Shown here: positions 15,523-22,761 of the stretch, piece after piece | Position numbering within the stretch: the first letter of the stretch is position 1 | Layout: each line of letters starts with the position of its first letter | Virus record (IMG/VR): IMGVR_UViG_3300011423_000025 | Span: 1-27,225 of that record | Length of the DNA stretch: 27,225 nucleotides | DNA from: a virus | Taxonomy: Duplodnaviria; Caudoviricetes | Strand: one strand, 5' to 3' | Made by a program: the position numbers and the translations under genes | Notes under the pieces: model-generated | Told to the model about the DNA's origin: nothing | Database searches by the model: none | What the model saw: only the letters and a program-made list of their open reading frames with translations

Positions 15523-15791
15523 GTTTTCTCCTCCCGCAGCCGCATGTCCGCGACGAGTTTCGCATCCCGAGTGCGACATGCCGGCCAGCCGAATTCTTTG
15601 AATGCGTGAGCGAGTTCGAGGCCGATGCGCGTGATGTAGCGCTTCGTTTGGCTCAGTGGATCCGTCTCGATCCTGGCGAGGCCGGCGCGCGCCAGCGCGC
15701 GCAGCAATCGCGGTTCGACGAGGCGACCCCGCCCGAGTCCGAGGTGCACGAGGGCCTCGAAGTGCGCGCGCGTCATGTTGCGTCGCTTCAT
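15519..15791 (-). CDS. Hypothetical protein, possible winged-helix DNA-binding
   Basis: ATGA-coupled. LRALARAGLARI...YITRIGLE resembles a wHTH wing. Confidence 0.55.
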   Translation of the reverse strand: MKRRNMTRAHFEALVHLGLGRGRLVEPRLLRALARAGLARIETDPLSQTKRYITRIGLELAHAFKEFGWPACRTRDAKLVADMRLREEKT

Positions 15792-16072
15792 CGCTTGATG
15801 CCGCCGACGCCCGTGCGCGGCGCCTTGATCGGTTCCTTCTTCACGTTCGCCCACTCCGGGTCGCCCGGAGCCAATCGAAGATGTCGCGCCTGCAACGCCA
15901 TCGCGACGCACCCCATCGCGATCACGCGCAGATCCCCGTATCGACCCGCGACCGAACCGTCCGGTGCCGACGCGATCGCCGCCACGGCTGCGAGCGCCGC
16001 ATCATTCGTGACACAGATGCTGGTCAATGCCTCCGGGTCCATTTGCAAGAGCGACGCGAAGTTGCGTTCCAT
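15788..16072 (-). CDS. Hypothetical protein
   Basis: 94 aa, part of a chain of coupled small genes. Confidence 0.6.
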   Translation of the reverse strand: MERNFASLLQMDPEALTSICVTNDAALAAVAAIASAPDGSVAGRYGDLRVIAMGCVAMALQARHLRLAPGDPEWANVKKEPIKAPRTGVGGIKR

Positions 16073-16075
16073 GAT

Positions 16076-16279
16076 CTAGGCCCCTTGTGCAACGTCGTTT
16101 GAATGTGACACCGGCTGCGCCTTGCCCACTTGATCGAAGTGTCCGATCTTCTCCGCCTTGGCGCCATTGCCGACGAACCGCTCCCAGCGATCGAGGATGC
16201 CGTCACAGAAGTGGGGCGAGAGTTCGCAGGCGAAGACGCGGCGCTTCAACATTTCTCCATGGTTCTTAAAATGGATCAT
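16076..16279 (-). CDS. Hypothetical protein
   Basis: 67 aa, ATGA-coupled. The ELSPHFCDGILDRWERF segment loosely resembles the C-terminal end of DNA methyltransferases (ELDPxYCDVIxxRW), so it may be a remnant. Confidence 0.55.
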   Translation of the reverse strand: MIHFKNHGEMLKRRVFACELSPHFCDGILDRWERFVGNGAKAEKIGHFDQVGKAQPVSHSNDVAQGA

Positions 16280-16560
16280 CCCGTCTCTTCCAGCGGGGTC
16301 ATCATGCCCTCGGGCAGCGTCGCCATGTAGTGGTGCAGATTCGAATCCTCTCCGAGTTCGTAACCGTGCCGTTCGAGCGTACGCTGGAGCGCGGCGAAGA
16401 CGTGCATCCCCTCGCGTCGCGCGGCACGGAAGCTCGGACGCAGCGCAAGGTCGATCGATTCGCCGTCCTTCGACTCCTTCATCTGCGCGTGCGCACGCAG
16501 CCGGATTTTGAACACGAGCTCGTGATGCGGCGGGCCGCCGCTCCCGGAAGATGGATTCAC
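16276..16560 (-). CDS. Hypothetical protein
   Basis: 94 aa, GTGA-coupled, SD AGGAGGGAG. Confidence 0.6.
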   Translation of the reverse strand: MNPSSGSGGPPHHELVFKIRLRAHAQMKESKDGESIDLALRPSFRAARREGMHVFAALQRTLERHGYELGEDSNLHHYMATLPEGMMTPLEETG

Positions 16561-16769
16561 TGGATGACTCCCTCCTGATCGATCACGGCGCGCATCGCAT
16601 TCGTCGCCTCAATCAACGTCGCGAACGTCCAGCGATCGGCGGGTGTACCGACACCGTTGCGATAGCGCGTCAGGTCGTAGCGGCCCGGCGCGCATGCGAG
16701 CGTGAAGAAGACCGACTTCTTCCTCGCATGCGGTCGCCGGACCGCGGCCAGATGTCGCTTCGCGCTCAG
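16557..16769 (-). CDS. Hypothetical protein, probable CTG start
   Basis: Protein-like 70 aa (SAKRHLAA...EGVIQ). The only candidate start is a CTG overlapping the upstream TGA (CTGA), like the ATGA/GTGA/TTGA couplings elsewhere. Confidence 0.45.
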   Translation of the reverse strand: MSAKRHLAAVRRPHARKKSVFFTLACAPGRYDLTRYRNGVGTPADRWTFATLIEATNAMRAVIDQEGVIQ

Positions 16770-17011
16770 ATCGCGTCCGCCCCCGCCTTCGTCTTGCGGC
16801 TGCGCTTGGGCCGGTCCTCGGCCGGGCCGTCTTCGCCCGTGTCGCGCTTCTTCCGCATCGCTTCCAGCGTCGGCGCCTCGAACTCGACGATGAGCGTCGC
16901 CGGCCCCTCGATCACGCCGCTGCCCAGGAACGCGCTCATGGCTTCCTGCGCCGTGCCGCGCCCCTTCTCGTCGCTCGCGTCGAACTGGATCGTCTTCCTC
17001 AGTCGTGCCAC
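16766..17011 (-). CDS. Hypothetical protein
   Basis: 81 aa, SD GGAGGAG, GTG start. Confidence 0.7.
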   Translation of the reverse strand: MARLRKTIQFDASDEKGRGTAQEAMSAFLGSGVIEGPATLIVEFEAPTLEAMRKKRDTGEDGPAEDRPKRSRKTKAGADAI

Positions 17012-17035
17012 GTTCCGCTCCTCCCGTCTCGGGTT

Positions 17036-17731
17036 TCATGTCGCGCGGCCGACGCCGGCCGACGCTTCGAATTTCACATCACCCCATCCCGCCGTCACGC
17101 GCAGCAGTTCATGATCGCGCGCCGCGAAGAGGATCGCCGCGGCATCGAAGGCGTTGTCGCGCAGCTTCTCGATCGACTCGACCGGGATCATTGCGCCCGT
17201 CCGCTTGTGCTTCACGAGCTTCGTCTTCGGCAGCGCGCTTTGATCCACGATGAACGTCTTTGCGACCAGCGCGCGCGTTTGAAGTTTCGTCTCGTCGCTC
17301 ACGCGCTTCGTCCCGAGCGCGGCCGCGATCACGTCATTGCGGATGAAGTCGCAGCGATTCGCGCATGCGACGACGCACGCGGCGCGATAGGCCGCGAGTG
17401 CGATCGACATGGCACGCATCCCCGAAGCGTTCTGCGCGCCCATCGTCGGCAGCTCGGCGAACACAATCGCTCCAATCCCTGGACTGTCGAAGCCCCACGT
17501 CGGACCATTATTGGCGATGGTCTCTACGAGAGACGTGTAGAGATTCTCCGCGAGATCCCCGAAGTAGATGCATGATCGCTTCTCGTTCCGCGCGGCCGTC
17601 GAGAGGCCGGCGGCCGGCTCGATCACGGACAGCTTGACGTGCGGCCCGTCGTCACGCAGCGTCGCGATGGCGACGCCCGTCGCTTCGAGGCCCACGTCGA
17701 GCAGGAGCACGGCCCGCGGCGCGTTCGTCAC
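17036..17731 (-). CDS. RuvC-like Holliday junction resolvase
   Basis: Catalytic pattern LLLDVGLEATGVA (D), FAELP (E) and DNAFDAAAI (D,D). The GTG at 17731 has SD GAGGGG; the track extends the ORF to 17791. Confidence 0.8.
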   Translation of the reverse strand: MTNAPRAVLLLDVGLEATGVAIATLRDDGPHVKLSVIEPAAGLSTAARNEKRSCIYFGDLAENLYTSLVETIANNGPTWGFDSPGIGAIVFAELPTMGAQNASGMRAMSIALAAYRAACVVACANRCDFIRNDVIAAALGTKRVSDETKLQTRALVAKTFIVDQSALPKTKLVKHKRTGAMIPVESIEKLRDNAFDAAAILFAARDHELLRVTAGWGDVKFEASAGVGRAT

Positions 17732-17820
17732 GACCGGTCCCCTCGTCGTTTTCGTCGTCGTCACGCCGCGCACGATGGCGCATTTAGGCACGATCGCGCG
17801 ACAAGAAAAACGCTGACTGA

Positions 17821-17849
17821 CGTAAGTCGTTGCAGGTGCGCAGCTTACG
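17821..17849. promoter_or_regulatory. 29-bp imperfect palindrome CGTAAG-N17-CTTACG in the divergent control region
   Basis: cgtaagtcgttgcaggtgcgcagcttacg, followed immediately by a pyrimidine tract. Confidence 0.45.
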
Positions 17850-17850
17850 C

Positions 17851-17890
17851 TTTCTCTTTTTTTCTCTTTTTTTCTCGTCTTTTCTCTCCT
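17851..17890. repeat. Pyrimidine-rich, AT-rich tract with short direct repeats (TTTCTCTTTT)
   Basis: tttctctttttttctctttttttctcgtcttttctctcct, the most AT-rich stretch noticed in the window. Confidence 0.8.
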
Positions 17891-18132
17891 GAAAGACGAT
17901 CATCTCCGCCATCGACGTGGGCAGCCGAACAGGCACCGCGACGATGGCCCGACCCGGGCCGCGATGGATCCTTGAAAACTTGATGGCCCGTCACGGTGTT
18001 CAGGAGACGCGGCCCGCGGCGACAACGGAAGCCCGCGAAACGAAACCTTCCCGCGCCAGCGACACTCTCCGGGCAGTTGAAGCCGGGGCGAACCTGCTGG
18101 AAGCCGCTAACCCGCGTACGGGTTGAATGAAA

Positions 18133-18214
18133 GCCGAAAGGGGAGACGGGGTGGTGTACGCCTCGTCCCTCTCGCGCCGCGATCGATCCGTGCGGCGCCT
18201 GATGAGGCAGGATC
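18133..18214 (+). ncRNA. Hammerhead ribozyme, type II, with loop I-3' tail pseudoknot
   Basis: Order: GCC (stem II), GAAA 18136-39, stem III (AGGGG-A-GACGGGGTG/CGCCTCGTC-CCTCT), C17 at 18173, stem I GCGCCGC/GCGGCGC, CTGATGA 18199-205, GGC. Loop I GATCC 18185-89 pairs with GGATC 18210-14. Confidence 0.93.
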
Positions 18215-18265
18215 AAAACCGCGACACCGATCCGGTGCCGCTCGGCATACAAAGGAGTCCTGACC

Positions 18266-18487
18266 ATGAACACCAACAAGCACCCCGCCACCTTGCCCGA
18301 GGGGCGCGCGTGCGCGATCAGCGAGGGAGCCCATGCGGCCCTCGCGTCCGTGCAGACGGACCCGCTTCCGACGCGCCTTCGTGGCGGTGCTTACGTCGTC
18401 GGCAAGGCGTGGCTCGCCCACGAGATCGAACGCGCCTACCTCCAAGGCCGCGCGGACGAAGCGGCCACGCGGGAGGTGGCCAAGTGA
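18266..18487 (+). CDS. Hypothetical protein (first early gene)
   Basis: SD AAAGGAG, 73 aa. Confidence 0.75.
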   Translation: MNTNKHPATLPEGRACAISEGAHAALASVQTDPLPTRLRGGAYVVGKAWLAHEIERAYLQGRADEAATREVAK

Positions 18488-18771
18488 AGAAATCGAAGCT
18501 CACGCCTGCGCAAGAGATGGCGCGGATCGCTGTCTCGATCGGCCGTGCGCACCGCATCTTGGCGAAGGCACGCACGCGGACCGCTGCACTCTCGAATGGG
18601 CGTGGTGATAGCGAGTCGCGTCGTTTCTTCGGGCTCGCCGCTGGTGCCGCGGTCTTGGCGGGCGATGCCGCCTATCACGCGCTGTTGCTCGCGTCCAATT
18701 TCGGCGTGCTGCTGCGGCGGGACGACCCACTGCCCCACGTCGAGAAGCTCGGGTCGAACGAATCCGTCTGA
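18484..18771 (+). CDS. Hypothetical protein
   Basis: SD GGAGGT, GTGA-coupled, 95 aa (MKKSKLTPAQEMARI...). Confidence 0.65.
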   Translation: MKKSKLTPAQEMARIAVSIGRAHRILAKARTRTAALSNGRGDSESRRFFGLAAGAAVLAGDAAYHALLLASNFGVLLRRDDPLPHVEKLGSNESV

Positions 18772-18845
18772 TCGGATCCCACGAGACGCGGCATGCACCG
18801 CGTCTTTCATCGTTTCAAGGTTCAACGCAGGAGAGGAAGCAAGCC

Positions 18846-19000
18846 ATGGCACATGAAATCGAGTTCGACGCTACGTCGAGAGCGAGTCGCTCAAGCGCCG
18901 CGAGGCGCGCTTCGTGGACGCGACGTTCGGCGGCGGCGCGACGCTCAAGCGCGCGGCCTTGAAGTTCGCGCTCGATTACGCGGGCGCGTCGAACAACTGA
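18846..19000 (+). pseudogene. Internally deleted remnant of a DUF932/TIGR03299-like gene
   Basis: A strong SD and MAHEIEFD (family-like N-terminus) are joined out of frame to ...RFVDATFGGGATLKRAALKFAL... (family-like C-terminus), which ends at TGA 19000. Confidence 0.6.
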
Positions 19001-19069
19001 TCATGTCTTCGTCGTGCGCGGTGAGGCATACCCCGCCTCAACGCCATCCGCGTGCGACGGTCTTTCATG

Positions 19070-19120
19070 GGGGCGCCGAGTTGCTGCGCAAATATGCGCG
19101 CGGCTCGGCGCCCCGTTTTT
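19070..19120 (+). terminator. Rho-independent terminator
   Basis: GGGGCGCCGAGTTGC/GCGGCTCGGCGCCCC stem plus inner GCGCA/TGCGC, followed by GTTTTT. Confidence 0.75.
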
Positions 19121-19135
19121 CAGGAGACTTCAATC

Positions 19136-19450
19136 GTGACGAATCGCGAGGAATACGTGGCTGTTCATTCCGTGCTCACGGCCTTCTACAACGTGGGCAG
19201 CGACGTGGAGCCGCAGCCCATCGAGCCGTCGATCTGCGATTTCCTGCGGCTCCAGAATCCGAAGGTGCATCCGTCCTATCTCGATGATAAGGCGCGGATG
19301 TGGAGATCGTCGCCGATCGCGTGGTTCGGTGCGTGCGATACGGCACGGCAACTCGCGTTCATCGAGTGGGCGAAGAAGTGGTTTGGCGCGATGTCACACG
19401 CCCAGTTCGAGGCGCATGAGTCGCGCGACGCGGAACGGTTCCCGGTCTAA
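19136..19450 (+). CDS. Hypothetical protein
   Basis: SD AGGAGA, GTG at 19136, 104 aa. Confidence 0.7.
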   Translation: MTNREEYVAVHSVLTAFYNVGSDVEPQPIEPSICDFLRLQNPKVHPSYLDDKARMWRSSPIAWFGACDTARQLAFIEWAKKWFGAMSHAQFEAHESRDAERFPV

Positions 19451-19530
19451 CATGAACGTGTCGCGGCGCAGGCGGGTCGCTCTTCCGAGCGTCTCGATCG
19501 CACCGGCCGCCGCGACACTTCCTCACTGCG

Positions 19531-19574
19531 GCGGCGTCGTGTCGGGTGTGTGCTCGGCGCGGCGCCGCTCTTTT
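19531..19574 (+). terminator. Rho-independent terminator
   Basis: GCGGCGTCGTGTCGGG/CTCGGCGCGGCGCCGC stem with several G-U pairs, followed by TCTTTT. Confidence 0.65.
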
Positions 19575-19600
19575 CAACGATTCGAGGAGATCGAAGACCA

Positions 19601-20047
19601 ATGACGACGAACAACGACTCAAATGATTCGAAGAACGCGGCGCTCGACGATGTTGCCGCCAAGATCAAGGCGATCATCGATGCAACGCCCGGCCTGCGCC
19701 GGAAGATGAAGCGCGAACTCAGAGTGGCGAAGGAGCCCCATCTGCTCGGACCATTGAAGCGCGGCATCCTCCCTGGAATGCGCTTCACGGCGCGTTTCTT
19801 CAACGAAGGCAGCGACTTGAGCAACCCCAAGAATGTGATCGAATGGAATGGCGAAGTGGTGAAGTCGACTCGAATGAATGTGCATCTCGGCAATTTCGGT
19901 GCGTACGAGACCTTTCAGAAGTTTTCAAAGAACGCGAAGAATCTGATCGAAGATGGGAAGTTTGGACCGGGCGTGACCGGTCCGATCCTCGAAGCGAACG
20001 CGATGAAGAATCGGCAACTCATCGAACAGCGGTCGGGGCAGCCGTGA
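19601..20047 (+). CDS. Hypothetical protein
   Basis: SD GAGGAG, ATG at 19601, 148 aa. Confidence 0.75.
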   Translation: MTTNNDSNDSKNAALDDVAAKIKAIIDATPGLRRKMKRELRVAKEPHLLGPLKRGILPGMRFTARFFNEGSDLSNPKNVIEWNGEVVKSTRMNVHLGNFGAYETFQKFSKNAKNLIEDGKFGPGVTGPILEANAMKNRQLIEQRSGQP

Positions 20048-21918
20048 GCATCCAACTCGAACGGTACGACTCGACGGGGGCGCGCTTGTGCGCGGCGCTC
20101 CCGTTCGACCGGAACTCCCCGGCCAAGGCCGTGCCGGGCTTCCGCTACGACGGCAACTGGCTGGGCGCGAACGGCGGGGCGCCCGCGCGCAAGGTCTGGC
20201 ACTGGCCCATCCAGTCGCTCCCCGTACTGCTGCGCGCGTTCCCCGACATCGTGACGATCGACGCGATGATCCTGTCGGCAATCGAGCGCGCCAATCAACT
20301 CAACGCGGCACGGGCGCTGACGATGGAGCGGGCGCGCGCGCTCGCGGCCGGCGCCACCCTGCGCGATGGGGTGCGCACGGCGACGGGCAAGACGCTGCGC
20401 GCGCATCAGATTGCCGCCTGTCAGGCCGCGCTCGCGGCCGGCGGATCGCGCGGGATCCTGCATCAGACGGGCACGGGCAAGACACCCACCGCCGCGACGC
20501 TGGTGTCGTTGCTCACGCAGCCGGAGAACGGACTGCGCAAAGCGGTCATCGTCTGCCCCGTCACGCTGATCGAGGCGGCCTGGATCCCTGATCTCAAGGA
20601 ATGGTTCCCCGAGTTGCCCGTGGTCAACTTGCGCGCATATCCCAAGGGCCAGAAACGCGAGTTGGCGGTCGCGGCGGCAATTCGAACGCACGGGCGCGTC
20701 GTCGCGCTCATCAATTACGAATCGATGCGCACGGATCCGAGCGTCCGCCGGATCATGGCGGGTGCATACGTCGTGTTCGACGAGGTGAGCAAGTGCAAGG
20801 GCGTGAAATCATCGATATCGATCGTGGCACGCGAGATCGCGGCGACGTTCCGCGGATGTGTGCTGCTGTCGGGCACGCCGGCACCGAACGGGAACCAGGA
20901 GTATTGGCCGCTCGCGAAGATCATCGCACCGGCCGCGGGCTACGACCCGTTCCCCGGCGGGCATTCCGCTTTCGTCAAGGAATTCTGTGACGTAAAGACG
21001 TTTCAGCGACGCGGGCAACCCGGCGTGAAGCACTTCGCGGGCTTCGAGTTCCGCGACGAGATGGCCGCGCGCATCCACGAACGCCTCTCGCCGATCTGTG
21101 AGTGGGTGAAGAAAGAGCAATGCCTCGATCTCCCGCCCAAGGTGTTCCAGCGCGTGCCGATCGAATTGAGCAAGGACACGGCGAGCGCGTACGAGGAGAT
21201 GCGCGACGCCATGATGGTGTCGATCGGAAAGAAGTACGACGATTCCGAGAAGCTGCGCGCGCATGCGAAGAACGCGCTGGCGCAGATGATGAAGCTGCGG
21301 CAGATTACCGCGGGCTACGTTCCGGCGCACAAAGAGGATTGGATTGCCGGATCTGACGCGGCATCGAGTCGCGTGCTCGTACCGATCGGTCGCGAAAAGA
21401 TCGATTGGCTGCTAGAGCACTGCGAGACGGACACCGAGCGGATCGTTATCTGGACGCAGTTCATCTTCGAGGCGAAACGCTACGTCGAGGCGTTGCGCGA
21501 GGCGAAGGTGCCGTGCGAATCGATCACGGGGGAGACGCCCGAATCGGATCGCGCGAACGTGTTCAAGGGGTTCGTCGCTGGACACTTCCAGGTGCTCGTC
21601 GCGCACCCGGGCGTCGCGCAGTGGGGCGTATCGTTCCCCGGCATCTCGCTCGCCGCATACGGATCGCTCTCCTACTCGCTCCAAGAGTACGCGCAGTCGC
21701 AGGATCGCATCCACGGCATCGGTCGCGGCGACGCGACCAAGCACTCGACGTACTACCTGCTGACGGCGCGCGTGCGCGGCGCCGAGACGATCGACGCGGA
21801 TTGCGTGGACGTACTGGAGGGCAAGCGCGACGCGCTCGACCTCGTCTTCGACATCGACCGGAAGCGTCGTGCGGCGGGATTCGTCGCGAGCGACACTGGA
21901 CAGACGATCGACGCATGA
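20044..21918 (+). CDS. SNF2-family (SF2) DNA helicase
   Basis: Motifs LRAHQ, HQTGTGKT, IVCPVTL, VFDEVSKCK, LSGTP, LDLPPK, MKLRQI and QSQDRIHGIG. GTGA-coupled start. Confidence 0.9.
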   Translation: MSIQLERYDSTGARLCAALPFDRNSPAKAVPGFRYDGNWLGANGGAPARKVWHWPIQSLPVLLRAFPDIVTIDAMILSAIERANQLNAARALTMERARALAAGATLRDGVRTATGKTLRAHQIAACQAALAAGGSRGILHQTGTGKTPTAATLVSLLTQPENGLRKAVIVCPVTLIEAAWIPDLKEWFPELPVVNLRAYPKGQKRELAVAAAIRTHGRVVALINYESMRTDPSVRRIMAGAYVVFDEVSKCKGVKSSISIVAREIAATFRGCVLLSGTPAPNGNQEYWPLAKIIAPAAGYDPFPGGHSAFVKEFCDVKTFQRRGQPGVKHFAGFEFRDEMAARIHERLSPICEWVKKEQCLDLPPKVFQRVPIELSKDTASAYEEMRDAMMVSIGKKYDDSEKLRAHAKNALAQMMKLRQITAGYVPAHKEDWIAGSDAASSRVLVPIGREKIDWLLEHCETDTERIVIWTQFIFEAKRYVEALREAKVPCESITGETPESDRANVFKGFVAGHFQVLVAHPGVAQWGVSFPGISLAAYGSLSYSLQEYAQSQDRIHGIGRGDATKHSTYYLLTARVRGAETIDADCVDVLEGKRDALDLVFDIDRKRRAAGFVASDTGQTIDA

Positions 21919-22040
21919 TCGATCCTGCTGCGCGCGTGTCGCGGCCTCAACGACTGCACCTTCCCGTGAGTCGTTTCATGGATTCGAGTAACCGCGACCG
22001 CGCGTGGCTGGATTTCTTAGGAGGATGCACCATCTCATGA
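21915..22040 (+). CDS. Small hypothetical protein (41 aa)
   Basis: ATGA overlaps at both ends, with the helicase stop and with the next start. Confidence 0.45.
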   Translation: MIDPAARVSRPQRLHLPVSRFMDSSNRDRAWLDFLGGCTIS

Positions 22041-22147
22041 CGACGAAGAATCACAACGAACGTTTCTGCTGGCTATGCGACGGCTTCGACATCGCCGCGG
22101 CATGCGTCGCGATCGCGGTGATCGTGCTGCTCGCCTGCGGCATCTAG
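22037..22147 (+). CDS. Small membrane peptide (36 aa)
   Basis: MTTKNHNERFCWLCDGFDIAAACVAIAVIVLLACGI, with a single C-terminal hydrophobic helix. ATGA-coupled. Confidence 0.5.
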   Translation: MTTKNHNERFCWLCDGFDIAAACVAIAVIVLLACGI

Positions 22148-22164
22148 ACGAGAGGAATCCACGA

Positions 22165-22704
22165 ATGGGCATCGAAGGAATGGAATCAGGTGGCGAAGCG
22201 ATCGACGCACCGCCCCTATCGATCAGCGCGGCGCAACTCGCCGCGTCGATCGTTGGCGACGATCCGATCGGCGCAACGTCAGGCATGACGACCGTCGAAC
22301 TCGCGACCGCATGCGCCGAATTGGATCTGACGCTCGATGAAGTCGCCGCCGCGCTGACCGAGAAGAAGGCGGCGCTGACCGAGGCGCGCAAGCGCTTGAA
22401 CGAGCGCATGACGAACGAGGGCGTGCCGGGCATCCGCGTGACGACGAGCAAGGGACGGCGGCTCGTGCATCAGGTCGCCATCTTCGCGCCGAAAGTGCCC
22501 GCCGCGAATCGGGAGAAGGTGCTCGCGTGGCTCAAGGCGCATCACCCCCAACTCGTCGCCGAGAGCTACAACGATGCGACGTTCCGCGCCGAACTGAAAA
22601 AGTGGCAGTCCGCGCAGGAGGGTGACTTCCCGCAGGCGCTTGTCGACGATGGCACGATCGAAGTGTTCCAGGGGACGGAGGTCCGCTTTCGTCAGAGCAA
22701 CTAG
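22165..22704 (+). CDS. Phage replication-module protein (coiled coil + alpha/beta domain), of the kind often found upstream of SSB
   Basis: SD GAGGA. Coiled coil followed by a KVLAWLKAH...SYNDATFRAEL pattern. Alternative starts at 22180 and 22285. Confidence 0.65.
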   Translation: MGIEGMESGGEAIDAPPLSISAAQLAASIVGDDPIGATSGMTTVELATACAELDLTLDEVAAALTEKKAALTEARKRLNERMTNEGVPGIRVTTSKGRRLVHQVAIFAPKVPAANREKVLAWLKAHHPQLVAESYNDATFRAELKKWQSAQEGDFPQALVDDGTIEVFQGTEVRFRQSN

Positions 22705-22761
22705 CGCGCGTCGCGTGACACGCGCACGAAGGTTCATCGCATTCAACTTGGAGATTGAGAC

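Noticed and set aside
16557-17039. 160-aa ORF 16557..17039 as a single gene
   Set aside because: Its first half overlaps the better-supported 81-aa gene (SD GGAGGAG) and is low-complexity. Only the last 70 codons look coding.
18027-18124. Second ribozyme (twister, HDV-like or another hammerhead around CGAAAC)
   Set aside because: I could not build the required core and pseudoknot pairings, and no matching CUGANGA was found. The region is kept only as an unassigned structured RNA.
17845-18291. ORFs across the control region (17845..18291 minus, 17917..18126 plus, 5' part of 18127..18771)
   Set aside because: They have no convincing SD or motifs, and the region is better explained by the hammerhead and the upstream RNA structures.
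19566-19578. CGCTCTTTTCAAC as a lambda-type boxA
   Set aside because: It is more simply the base and U-tract of the terminator hairpin at 19531-19574.
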